Below, in pieces: positions 32,663-41,988 of a stretch of 64,000 nucleotides of DNA. Origin of the DNA: an uncultured Gammaproteobacteria bacterium (GTDB lineage Bacteria > Pseudomonadota > Gammaproteobacteria > JACCXJ01). The position numbers and the translations under genes were made by a program. Location of the stretch: positions 416,001 to 480,000 of the forward strand of contig CAVXTM010000018.1 in NCBI GenBank assembly GCA_963764725.1, written 5' to 3'. The notes below the pieces were generated by a model. That model had not been told where the DNA came from. It did no database searches and worked only from the letters and a program-made list of their open reading frames with translations. Positions within the stretch are counted from its first letter, which is position 1, and each line of letters begins with the position of its first letter.

Positions 32663-34312
32663 ATGAGTATTCGGGGAATAGTCGCCCTCACCGGCCTCGC
32701 GAGCCTCATGGCTTGCAGCGCCCTCGTCCCGCCGCCTCCGGTCCCGTCGGCCGGGCACCTGCGCCCGGAGAACAACCGCCAAACGCAAGACATACCGCCG
32801 GTCGTGGACAAAGTCCCGTTGCTGCCCCGGCCCGAGCCCGCGCCCGATCTCGAGAAATACACGGTCGTCGTGAATGAGGTGCCGGTCAAGGAGTTGCTGT
32901 TCGCACTGGCGCGGGACGCGCAAGTGAATGTCGATATCGACCCCGGGATCGAGGGGTTCGTAACCCTGAATGCGATCGACCAGACCTTGCCGCAGATCCT
33001 CGACCGTATCGCCCGCCAGGCCGACGTGCGGTTTGAGATCCAGGGCAAGAACATCATCGTGAGCCCGGATCGGCCTTATATTCGCACCTACCGGGTGGAT
33101 TACGTCAATCTCACCCGCGAAAGCAAGGGCACCATCGACGTCGCTACTCAGATCGAGACCACTGGGATGAGTGACACCGGGGGCGGGGGCGGCGGAGGCA
33201 GTAATAATTCCACGAGCTCGATCACCAATACCGCCAACAACCGGTTTTGGCTGACCCTGACGCGCAATATCCAAGCCCTGGTCGGCGAAACCGCCGCCGG
33301 GAGCAGCGCCGGCCAGGCCGATCTCCCGGTGACCGGAGCGGTCATCCCCAACCCGGAGAGCGGGATCATCAGCGTGCGCGCAACATCGAAGCAGCACACC
33401 GCCGTCCAGTCGTTTCTAGACAAGGTGCTCGCCAATGCCCAGCGCCAAGTCCTTATTGAGGCCACGGTCGTCGAGGTAACATTGAACGATCAGTATCAAC
33501 AAGGGATCGATTGGACGGTATTACAGAGGAACGGCGGCTCCGGTTTTGTGTCCAACCCAAACCTCCAAGCCCTGTCCAGCAATGTTCCACAGGCTGTGGC
33601 AGCCTCGTTGATATTGGGCTATTTGGATCCGGATGCCAGCGGGAAAAACGTCAGTATCGCGGTGCAACTCTTGCGGACCTTCGGCGACATCAAGGTGCTT
33701 TCGAGCCCCAAGATCATGACGCTCAACAACCAGACAGCCGTGCTCAAGGTGGTTCAGAACTTTGTCTATTTCGAGGTGGATGTCGAGCCTCCAGTTGTAT
33801 CCGGATCGGGGGCCGCGACCGCGGCCGCCGTGGAAACCACGGCGAAAACGGTGCCAGTGGGTCTGGTGATGACCGTGACGCCGCAGATCAATGAAAACGA
33901 CGCGGTGACACTCAATGTGCGGCCGACCATTTCCAGCGTGATCGACACGGTACAAGATCCCAATCCCGAGCTGTTCACCGGCGGTTTATTAAATCGGCAA
34001 TTGCAGAACTTGGTTCCTGTGATCCAAGTGCGTGAGATGGAATCGGTGCTGCAGATCAACAACGGCCAGATCGGCGTGCTCGGGGGTTTGATGCAGGACG
34101 CGGTGGAGCAGGTTACCAACAGCATCCCGCTGCTTTCGGACATCCCGCTGCTCGGAGATAGCTTGTTCAGAAGCCACAGCAACCAGTACGATAAGTCCGA
34201 ACTGGTGATCTTCCTGCGGCCGTTGGTGATTCGGAATCCGAGCCTGGAGGGGGATCTCGCGGGGTATCGACCGTACCTCGAGGAACGTGTCGAATCGAAT
34301 ATCATTTATTAA
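32663..34312 (+). CDS. Secretin, MshL-like lipoprotein
   Basis: Lipobox LMAC, STN-like domain, Y.VDY, QVLIEATVVEV, GGLMQD, IPLLSDIPLLG, KSELVIFLRP. Confidence 0.9.
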   Translation: MSIRGIVALTGLASLMACSALVPPPPVPSAGHLRPENNRQTQDIPPVVDKVPLLPRPEPAPDLEKYTVVVNEVPVKELLFALARDAQVNVDIDPGIEGFVTLNAIDQTLPQILDRIARQADVRFEIQGKNIIVSPDRPYIRTYRVDYVNLTRESKGTIDVATQIETTGMSDTGGGGGGGSNNSTSSITNTANNRFWLTLTRNIQALVGETAAGSSAGQADLPVTGAVIPNPESGIISVRATSKQHTAVQSFLDKVLANAQRQVLIEATVVEVTLNDQYQQGIDWTVLQRNGGSGFVSNPNLQALSSNVPQAVAASLILGYLDPDASGKNVSIAVQLLRTFGDIKVLSSPKIMTLNNQTAVLKVVQNFVYFEVDVEPPVVSGSGAATAAAVETTAKTVPVGLVMTVTPQINENDAVTLNVRPTISSVIDTVQDPNPELFTGGLLNRQLQNLVPVIQVREMESVLQINNGQIGVLGGLMQDAVEQVTNSIPLLSDIPLLGDSLFRSHSNQYDKSELVIFLRPLVIRNPSLEGDLAGYRPYLEERVESNIIY

Positions 34313-34400
34313 GCCGTTTAACCTGACGCGAAATGGTCTTAATATTGCGGTCGTTCATAGGATTGTTACCGTGGGCCGGTATGAAGCAAGGGGCTAGCCT

Positions 34401-35990
34401 ATGAGCCTATTGATGGATGCCTTGAAAAAGGCCGAACAAGACAAGAAGAAAGCGGCGGAGGATCTACAAGCGAACCGGGCTGCAGGGGGGGAAGCCGAGC
34501 CGACCGCGGAACAGCACCCCTCGGAGGCCGCGGGCGCCGATAGGGTAACAGCGGCCGGAGCCGGCACGCACGATGAGCCAAGCCTCGACCCCGTTGCCGG
34601 AGCGGGTGCCGAGCCGGCCGGCGACACGAGTCAGGGTGAGCGGATACCGGCAGGCGAGGCCTCCGATTTAACGCTAGCGGGCGACCTGATAGACCTTTCG
34701 CTAGATGGTAGCTTGCCTCTTTCGGGATCATCGCCAAGCATCTCCGGGAGCGTCCCCCCGCCCGATAAAGAAACCACCCTGCCGTCGAAACGGGCTATCA
34801 ATGCATCGCTCAAGGATTATTTTGACTCCTCGCAGAGTCTCGACCGTTCGCGTTCGGAGCCGGGCTTATCCACGAGCGGCTCGTTCGGTACGGGTGACAC
34901 GATTGCCCGGGTTTCCGCGGATACCGTATTCACAGCGACCCAGCGTACGCGGATCACGAGCAGGGTCGGGCTAGGCCTTGTGGTGATTTTAGTGCTGAGC
35001 GCGTCATTAGGCGCGCTGTGGTTCTGGGGTCAGATCGAGCAAGGCAGCGCGGGTACTGACGACAACACGTTTAACCCGTCCCAAACCGCAATGAGCGCGT
35101 CTGGACCCGAGCGGCAGGCTCCCCCCGCAGCGGTGGTGTCTACCCCAACCGGCGTGAGCGACAGTTCCACTCCCCCGATCTCAGCTACTCCGACTGCGGA
35201 GGCCAGCAGCGGGTTAGCCGAGCCGGGGCAAGAACGAGACCTGCGGCCGGAAGCAACCCCGGCAGGCTCAAAGGCACCACTGGCTCCTTCCCCAACGGCG
35301 CTGCAGCAGCCTGCGCCGCCACCAATACGAGCAGGCTTACCGGCCAGTGTGGTGGGAATGGTTGCCGAACCGAGTGCGATCAAGATCACCAAGAGCCGCC
35401 GCGGTGATCTGGTCGATCCCGATATAACCGATGCCTATCGGGCTTACCAGCGCGGAGACTACCGCCGCGCCGAACACATCTATCGGACCGTCCTGAGCCG
35501 CCACCCGGAACAACGCGATGCGTTGTTGGGAATGGCCGCAGTCGCCGCGCGCCATGGCCAAACCGAGCGAGCCCAGCGCTATTACGGACGGCTACTTCAG
35601 ATCAACCCGCGCGATAGCGTGGCGCATGCCGCGCTTTCCGGCCTGCAAGGCGCGGCCGCCAACGAGCTTAGCGAGTCAAAGCTCAAACTCTTGCTCGACG
35701 AGACCCCCCAGGCGGGACAAATCCATTTCAGCCTCGGCAATCTGTATGCGCGGCAGGGACGCTGGGCCGAAGCCCAGGAAGCCTACTTCAAGGCCTTTGG
35801 CACCGAATCCCGGAATCCCGATTACGTATTCAATCTCGCGGTCAGCCTGGACCGGATGGGTCAGGCCAAGACGGCCGTGGGTTATTACCGCCAGGCGCTG
35901 GTTCTGGCCGACAGACGATCGGTTAACTTCAATACTTCCCAACTCCTCTCTAGAATACGAACTCTGTCTCATTCGCCAAGCAGTGAGTGA
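34401..35990 (+). CDS. Membrane-anchored TPR protein (MshN/GspB-like)
   Basis: MSLLMDALKKAE N-terminus, low-complexity linker, one TM, C-terminal TPRs. Confidence 0.8.
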   Translation: MSLLMDALKKAEQDKKKAAEDLQANRAAGGEAEPTAEQHPSEAAGADRVTAAGAGTHDEPSLDPVAGAGAEPAGDTSQGERIPAGEASDLTLAGDLIDLSLDGSLPLSGSSPSISGSVPPPDKETTLPSKRAINASLKDYFDSSQSLDRSRSEPGLSTSGSFGTGDTIARVSADTVFTATQRTRITSRVGLGLVVILVLSASLGALWFWGQIEQGSAGTDDNTFNPSQTAMSASGPERQAPPAAVVSTPTGVSDSSTPPISATPTAEASSGLAEPGQERDLRPEATPAGSKAPLAPSPTALQQPAPPPIRAGLPASVVGMVAEPSAIKITKSRRGDLVDPDITDAYRAYQRGDYRRAEHIYRTVLSRHPEQRDALLGMAAVAARHGQTERAQRYYGRLLQINPRDSVAHAALSGLQGAAANELSESKLKLLLDETPQAGQIHFSLGNLYARQGRWAEAQEAYFKAFGTESRNPDYVFNLAVSLDRMGQAKTAVGYYRQALVLADRRSVNFNTSQLLSRIRTLSHSPSSE

Positions 35991-37694
35991 ATGTGAATCT
36001 CATCAAGGAGCCGCCACGCCGCATCGGGGAACTGCTGGTACTTAAGGGAGTTGTCAGCGCGGATCAAGTACGGATTGCGTTAACGGAGCAGAAAAAGCGC
36101 AAGGAGCACCTCGGCAAAATTCTAGTCCGCCTCGGTTTTGCCACCGAGGCCGTCATTCGCGATGTCGTAGGCGGCGCGCTCGGTCAGCAGAGCGCGGATC
36201 TCTCCAATGTCGTCGTGGACGGTGAAGCCATCAAGCTCCTTCCCAAGGAAATGGCGAGGCGTTACCGCGTCCTTCCCCTCACCTACGATATACCCCGGAA
36301 CCGTTTGACGGTGGCGATGGCCGATACCTTTAACGTCGTCGCCCTGGACCAATTGAACGCACTGCTCGGCGGGGACGTCGAGATCGTCCCGCTATTGGCG
36401 GGCGAAAACGAAGTCGAGAAGGCCATCGATCAGTTCTATGGTTTCGAGCTATCCGTTCGACGGCATCTTGCAGGAGATCGAAACCGGGGAAATCGACTAC
36501 GATAGCCTCGACCCGGAAAGCGAGGCTTACAGTCAACCCATCGTGCGCTTGGTCAACGCGCTGCTTTCGGATGCGGTCAAGCGGGGCGCTTCCGACATCC
36601 ACTTCGAGCCCGAGCAGGGGTTTCTACGCTTTCGTTACCGTATCGACGGGGTATTACGCCAGGTGAGGAGTCTGCATAAAAACTATTGGTCCGCCATCGC
36701 GGTGCGCCTCAAGGTGATGGCGGACCTCGATATCGCGGAAACGCGCGCCCCCCAAGACGGCCGCATCTCCTTGACCTTATCCGGCCGGCCCATCGACTTT
36801 CGGGTCTCCTCGATGCCCACGGTTCACGGCGAGAACATCGTGTTGCGAGTCCTCGACCGTCAGAAGGGCCTCGTTCCCTTGGAGGAGCTCGGATTGGAGC
36901 CCGGCTTGTTGAACGTCCTGCGTATGATGGTGGCGCGACCTGAAGGAATTATACTCATCACGGGACCGACCGGGAGCGGGAAAACCACCACGCTGTATTC
37001 CTTGTTGAATCACCTCAATACCGAATCCTCCAATATCATGACCTTGGAGGACCCGGTGGAATACCCCATGGTTTTGATTCGCCAAACCTCGGTGAATGAA
37101 TCGGTGCGGCTCGATTTTGCGACCGGGGTACGGTCGATGCTGCGGCAAGACCCGGACATTATTCTGGTCGGCGAGATCCGCGACGAGGATACGGCCTCCA
37201 TGACCTTTCGCGCGGCAATGACCGGCCACCAAGTGTATTCGACCTTGCACACAAACTCATCAATCGGGGCCGTACCGAGGCTCCTCGACCTTGGGATCCG
37301 GCCCGATATCATGGCCGGTAATATCATCGGTATCATAGCGCAGCGCCTGGTGCGCAAACTTTGCGCCAAATGTAAGCAGCCCTACGCCCCCACCGATGTC
37401 GAGCGCCGCTTGCTCGGATTGCAAGCCGCGGGGCCTTTACTCTACCGCGCGAGTGGTTGCGGCTACTGCGAGCAGCAGGGGTATAAAGGCAGAACAGCCA
37501 TCATGGAGATCCTGAAATTCGATTCGGACCTGGACGAGCTGGTGGCCCGGGGAGCGACCATGCGCGACATCGCCCGGTGCGCATTGGACCGCGGCTTCAA
37601 GCCGCTGGCCGAGGCGGGGATCGCCCGCATCGTCGATGGTACGACGAGCCTGGACGAGGTGTCGCGCGTGGTTGACCTGACCGAACGCGTTTAA
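35987..37694 (+). pseudogene. GspE/PilB/MshE-type assembly ATPase split by one extra base near 36456-36458 (real lesion or sequencing error)
   Basis: N part RIGELLV..G....Q...AL..Q (MshEN-like); C part [22 protein letters not shown], CxxC..CxxC. Removing 1 nt from TCCGTTCGAC gives FYGFELSVDGILQEIE. Confidence 0.85.
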
Positions 37695-37696
37695 TC

Positions 37697-38899
37697 ATGG
37701 ATCTGTTCCACTATAAAGCCATCGACACCGGCGGCCGCATCATCAAGGGGCAGCTCGATGCGCTCAACCCGGTCGACCTGGAAGTGCGCCTTGGCCGCCT
37801 CGGATTGGAGCTGGTTAATTGCAAGGAAGTTCAAGCAACTCGTTTGTCGGCGGGCGCGGGTATCAAGCGCAAAGACTTGATTACGTTTTGCCTCCACCTC
37901 GAACAGCTCCTGGAGGCGGGGGTGCCGATGCTCGATGCATTGACGGATTTGCGCGATACGCTCGATCACCGCCGGTTTCAGGAAATAATCTCGGCCATGA
38001 TCGAGTCCATACAGGGAGGCAAGACTCTCTCGGAAGCCATGCGGGATTTTCCTTATGTGTTTAGCGCGGTGTTCGTCAATCTCATCAAGGCCGGCGAGAC
38101 CACGGGCCAGATCACCCGGGTGCTAAGAAACGTCATCGAAAACCTGAAGTGGCAGGACGAACAAGCGGCCTATACCAAGCGCCTTTTCATGTACCCGGCG
38201 TTTGTCGCCGTGGTCACGCTGGCGGCTTTGGTATTCTTGATGATTATGGTCGTCCCCGAGCTGCTAAAATTCGTTCAGACAATGGGACAGGAGCTACCGC
38301 TGCACACGCGGGTGCTGATCTTTACCTCCAATGCCGTAGTCGAGTTTTGGTATTTATTCGTCTCAGTACCTGTACTTATCATCAGCTTTATCCTGATCGC
38401 CATTAAGCGTAGCCCGAAGTTTCATGTCGCCTTCGATGCCGCCGTGCTGCGCATCCCGTTATTCGGGCAGATCATCAAGAAACTTATACTGACGCGTATA
38501 GCCAGCTACTTTGCCCTCATGTATGCTGCTGGGATCACGGTGTTGGAGTGTTTGAAAGTGGCCGAAGAGATCGCCGGCAACAAAGCTATCGAAGAGGCGC
38601 TTCGGAGCGCCGCCCGTCACATCAGCGACGGCGCCGGCCTAAGCAACAGTTTTGCGGCCACCGGCTTGTTTCCGGCCCTGGTATTGCGGATGCTCCGTGT
38701 GGGCGAGAGCACCGGGGGACTCGAGACTGCGTTGCAAAACGTAAGCTATTTTTATACCCGCGACGCACGGGAGTCGATCGAACGCTTGCAGACCATCATA
38801 CAACCGGCGATGACCCTGGTGCTCGGAGTGCTTCTAGGCTGGGTAGCCTTATCGGTGCTGGGCCCGATCTATGATCTCATCACTAAGATCAAGTTTTAG
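37697..38899 (+). CDS. GspF/PilC/MshG platform protein
   Basis: L..LL.AGV, AGE.TG, YPAFV, VGESTG.L; two T2SSF domains. Confidence 0.92.
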   Translation: MDLFHYKAIDTGGRIIKGQLDALNPVDLEVRLGRLGLELVNCKEVQATRLSAGAGIKRKDLITFCLHLEQLLEAGVPMLDALTDLRDTLDHRRFQEIISAMIESIQGGKTLSEAMRDFPYVFSAVFVNLIKAGETTGQITRVLRNVIENLKWQDEQAAYTKRLFMYPAFVAVVTLAALVFLMIMVVPELLKFVQTMGQELPLHTRVLIFTSNAVVEFWYLFVSVPVLIISFILIAIKRSPKFHVAFDAAVLRIPLFGQIIKKLILTRIASYFALMYAAGITVLECLKVAEEIAGNKAIEEALRSAARHISDGAGLSNSFAATGLFPALVLRMLRVGESTGGLETALQNVSYFYTRDARESIERLQTIIQPAMTLVLGVLLGWVALSVLGPIYDLITKIKF

Positions 38900-40463
38900 C
38901 TCCGCGCGGCGGCGCGCCCTCTGCATCGCCTCCGATGGCGTGTCGGTGTTTCAGTGGAAAAAGGGCGGTATCAGCGACCCCTTGGTGTTCGACGTCGATG
39001 ATGTCGGCCTAGCTAATTTTGAACGGTATCTGAGGGAAACGCCGAAGGTTCCCATCTATCTGATGGTCGACGTTGTCGAAGAAGAATACCGTCACGAAAG
39101 CATACCTCATCTCTACGGCTCCGACCGACAAGCGGTCATCGAGCGCAAGCAGGCCTGGTTCTTCCGCGGCACCCCTTATTGCCACGTCATGATGCAAGGG
39201 CGCGAAGCGGAGGGCCGCCGCGACGACCAGCTGATGTTCACCGCCATAATCAATCCGGACACCGTGACCCCCTGGGTCCGGCTTTGCACCCAAAACAAGG
39301 TTGCGTTGGCGGGCATCTACTCCTTGCCCATTCTAAGCGCTTCCCTTCTCGCCAAGATGAAGGTCCCTTCCCGCGATGTGCTGCTCGTAACCATGCAGGG
39401 ATCGAGCGGGCTGCGGCAGTCCTTTTTCAACGATCGGATACTCAAGATGAGCCGACTCGCCAAGCTGCCCAGGCTCGGCACGGTGCCCTTCGCCCAGTAT
39501 ATCCTCGGGGAGCTGGGGAAGTTCGAGCGCTACCTCACCAGCGTGCAACTCCTAAAAGCCGAGCTGCTCGATATCTATATTCTCGCCCATGGCGAATCAT
39601 TGGACCAGTTGGAGCAAGCGTGCCGCAACACGGAATCGGTACGTTATCACTTGCTGGACGTCGGCGATGTCGCAAGGCGTCTGGGGATCCGCGGAGTGCT
39701 CGCCACTCCGTTTAGCGATCATATCTTCGCGCACCTCTTGCTGCGCACCCAACCGAAGAACCATTTCGCCTCGAATGAAGAACGCCGTTACCATACGCTC
39801 TACCAAACCCGCGCTGGTCTGTATGCGGCGAGCGTTATCGCCTTGCTCGGCAGCGCTCTGTGGAGCTGGTTCAACCTGATAGATGGCGTGTCGGACAGGC
39901 AACTAGCTCGGGATAAGGCACACCAAGCCATGTACTTCCAAGCCCGCTACGATAGGGAAAAGGGACGGCTGCCCCCCACCGCGGTGAGCCCCGCCGATAT
40001 CAAGACCGCCGTGGACATCGTCGATACGCTGACTCAGCACAAAGCGGCGCCGCTCAGCCGGATGGGGGTCCTCGGACAGGCGCTCGCTGGTTTCCCCACC
40101 CTGCGACTGGAAGAAATCCAGTGGACCGTGAGCACCGATCCGCAAGCGGGTGCGGGCGCCGCCGCTCCGCAGGCGCCACCCGTTCCAGACACGGGTCAAG
40201 CGTCCAGTTACTATGAAATCGCGGAGATCACCGCCAGTGTCTATCCCTTCGACGGGAATTACCGGGCCGCTTTAGATCAGATCACTCGCTTCGGCGAGGT
40301 GTTGCGAGCGAAGTACCACGCCCATTCGGTCACGGCTGTGAACCTCCCGCTCGATACCCGCTCCAGCGCCCAAATTCGCGGTGATACGAAGGACGTGAAT
40401 ATACCCGAGAAAGCGGTATTCTCGTTGCGGGTCGTTTTCGGAGCGGAAGATGCGAACGCTTGA
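38871..40463 (+). CDS. PilM/PilN-like (GspL-like) alignment protein, apparently fused
   Basis: Large cytoplasmic domain, single TM, periplasmic domain; position in cluster. Confidence 0.55.
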   Translation: MISSLRSSFSSARRRALCIASDGVSVFQWKKGGISDPLVFDVDDVGLANFERYLRETPKVPIYLMVDVVEEEYRHESIPHLYGSDRQAVIERKQAWFFRGTPYCHVMMQGREAEGRRDDQLMFTAIINPDTVTPWVRLCTQNKVALAGIYSLPILSASLLAKMKVPSRDVLLVTMQGSSGLRQSFFNDRILKMSRLAKLPRLGTVPFAQYILGELGKFERYLTSVQLLKAELLDIYILAHGESLDQLEQACRNTESVRYHLLDVGDVARRLGIRGVLATPFSDHIFAHLLLRTQPKNHFASNEERRYHTLYQTRAGLYAASVIALLGSALWSWFNLIDGVSDRQLARDKAHQAMYFQARYDREKGRLPPTAVSPADIKTAVDIVDTLTQHKAAPLSRMGVLGQALAGFPTLRLEEIQWTVSTDPQAGAGAAAPQAPPVPDTGQASSYYEIAEITASVYPFDGNYRAALDQITRFGEVLRAKYHAHSVTAVNLPLDTRSSAQIRGDTKDVNIPEKAVFSLRVVFGAEDANA

Positions 40464-41070
40464 CATCGAATGGCCGCTGTTGAGCGCGCCGCTCGCGGCG
40501 CTGGTGGTAGCGTTCATCATCAGCGCCTTGCTTATCATTGCCAGCGGTTATTTTCGCGACCGGATGGCGGAGGATTATCGGCTCAACAACCAGAAGTTTC
40601 TGGAGGTAAGCCGCAAGTACCTATCCGTGGATCAGGACGAGCTTATCATCACAGAGTTGTATCCACGGTTCGTCAATCTTTACCGGCGCGGAATCGTCGG
40701 AGAAGAAAAGCGCTTGGATTGGGTGGAGATCCTAAAAAACGCAGTGGCGACACTTAAACTTCCCGGCCTGCGTTATGAGATCACCTCGCGCGAAGCTTAC
40801 ATCCCCGCATTCCCGCTCGTCCCCGGGCCTTATCAAATCAATACCAGCACAATGAAGCTGGAGCTCGGGTTGTTACACGAGAACGATCTCGCATCCTTGC
40901 TACAAGATCTCGACGAGAAGGCCCCGGGGATTTACACCGTCAAGAAATGTACGCTCAAGCGGGCACAAAATGTAGTCGCCGACAACCCCGATGCGGAAAA
41001 CGTCAAGGCGGAATGTGACTTGCTTTGGTTTACCTTGAGCCTCGCAAGCGGCGAGAAGATAAGTCTCTAG
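40450..41070 (+). CDS. PilO/GspM-like membrane protein
   Basis: N-terminal TM, coiled coil, short beta-rich C-domain (M.L.L.LLHE.DL..LL.DL). Confidence 0.55.
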   Translation: MRTLDIEWPLLSAPLAALVVAFIISALLIIASGYFRDRMAEDYRLNNQKFLEVSRKYLSVDQDELIITELYPRFVNLYRRGIVGEEKRLDWVEILKNAVATLKLPGLRYEITSREAYIPAFPLVPGPYQINTSTMKLELGLLHENDLASLLQDLDEKAPGIYTVKKCTLKRAQNVVADNPDAENVKAECDLLWFTLSLASGEKISL

Positions 41071-41079
41071 GGTCATCGC

Positions 41080-41703
41080 GTGAACCGATTAATCATATTA
41101 CCAACCTGGCAACAAAATAGTCCCCTCTCCCGTCGGGACAGGGTTGGGGTGAGGGGAATAAAATCGTGGGCGTACCCCCTCACCCCCGCCCTCTCCTTTA
41201 AAGGAGCGAGGGGGTTTTTAATCGCCGGATTAATTGTCGGACTCGGGCTCCTGAGCGTCGGCAGTTGCGCGGATGATCTCGGCCGGTTGTTCACGACACC
41301 GGAAGAGCGGGAGATGCTCGAAGCCTTGCGGAATCAGCCCCGGCGCGCCGAGGCGCCACCCGAGCCGCTGGAGCCTAAAGCCCTGGCACCTGAGCCGCCT
41401 CCGGTTCAAAGTGTCAGAGTAGACGGCTTCGTGTCCCGGTCGCGCGGGAACAATACCGTTTGGATCAACGGCACCAATTCGCTAACGGGCGACCTTCGAT
41501 CGCACCAGGTCGGTGTTAATGTCCGAGGTATCCGCGGCCAAACCGTGCCGGTTCGCGTCCAGAACTCGCCCGTGGGAGTTGGTTTGAAACCCGGCCAATC
41601 GTACGACCCGTCGGCTTCGCGCGTGGTTGATTTGTATCAAGAGGCAAACGATGCCGAGATGGCATCGGATAATGCATCGCCGCCATCGCGGTCGCCCCGG
41701 TAG
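41080..41703 (+). CDS. PilP/MshK-like exported protein
   Basis: Hydrophobic leader then LGRLFTTPEER..L, VDGFV.RS.G..TVWING; start uncertain because of an inserted repeat. Confidence 0.6.
   Translation: MNRLIILPTWQQNSPLSRRDRVGVRGIKSWAYPLTPALSFKGARGFLIAGLIVGLGLLSVGSCADDLGRLFTTPEEREMLEALRNQPRRAEAPPEPLEPKALAPEPPPVQSVRVDGFVSRSRGNNTVWINGTNSLTGDLRSHQVGVNVRGIRGQTVPVRVQNSPVGVGLKPGQSYDPSASRVVDLYQEANDAEMASDNASPPSRSPR
41121..41214. repeat. Palindromic REP/MITE-like element (two inverted CCCCTC-TCC...GGGGTGAGGGG units) inside the CDS
   Basis: CCCCTCTCCCGTCGGGACAGGGTTGGGGTGAGGGG and its inverted partner CCCCTCACCCCCGCCCTCTCCTTTAAAGGAGCGAGGGG. Confidence 0.8.
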
Positions 41704-41858
41704 GTAGAGCAGGCTTTCCGCGGGCCACCGCCGGCCTACCATAAACCGGTGGGCTTCCAAGACGTTAGCGAGATCGGTTAACGCGCGCGTCTGGTCTTGT
41801 GATAACCGGTGCCCGGTTTCCATTGAATGATGATGTTGAAGCTCGGCTATCGCTATTT

Positions 41859-41976
41859 GTCATTCCAGCGCGAAAGCTGGAATCCTAGGGGTTCTTGATT
41901 ACGACTGGATGCCAGCTTTCCATCCTCGGGGCGCCAAGCAGGGCCGGTCCCTGGCCCTGGCTTTCGCTGGCATGAC
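41859..41976. repeat. GTCATTCC...CATGAC palindromic repeat with a nested insertion
   Basis: GTCATTCCAGCGCGAAAGCTGGAATC ... CTGGATGCCAGCTTTC[insert]GCTGGCATGAC. Confidence 0.7.
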
Positions 41977-41988
41977 GGGACCGGTTTT

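Noticed and set aside
33179-33210. G-rich run in the secretin (GGGGGGS) as a phase-variation tract
   Set aside because: Mixed Gly codons, in frame; a Gly/Ser-rich linker typical of MshL-type secretins.
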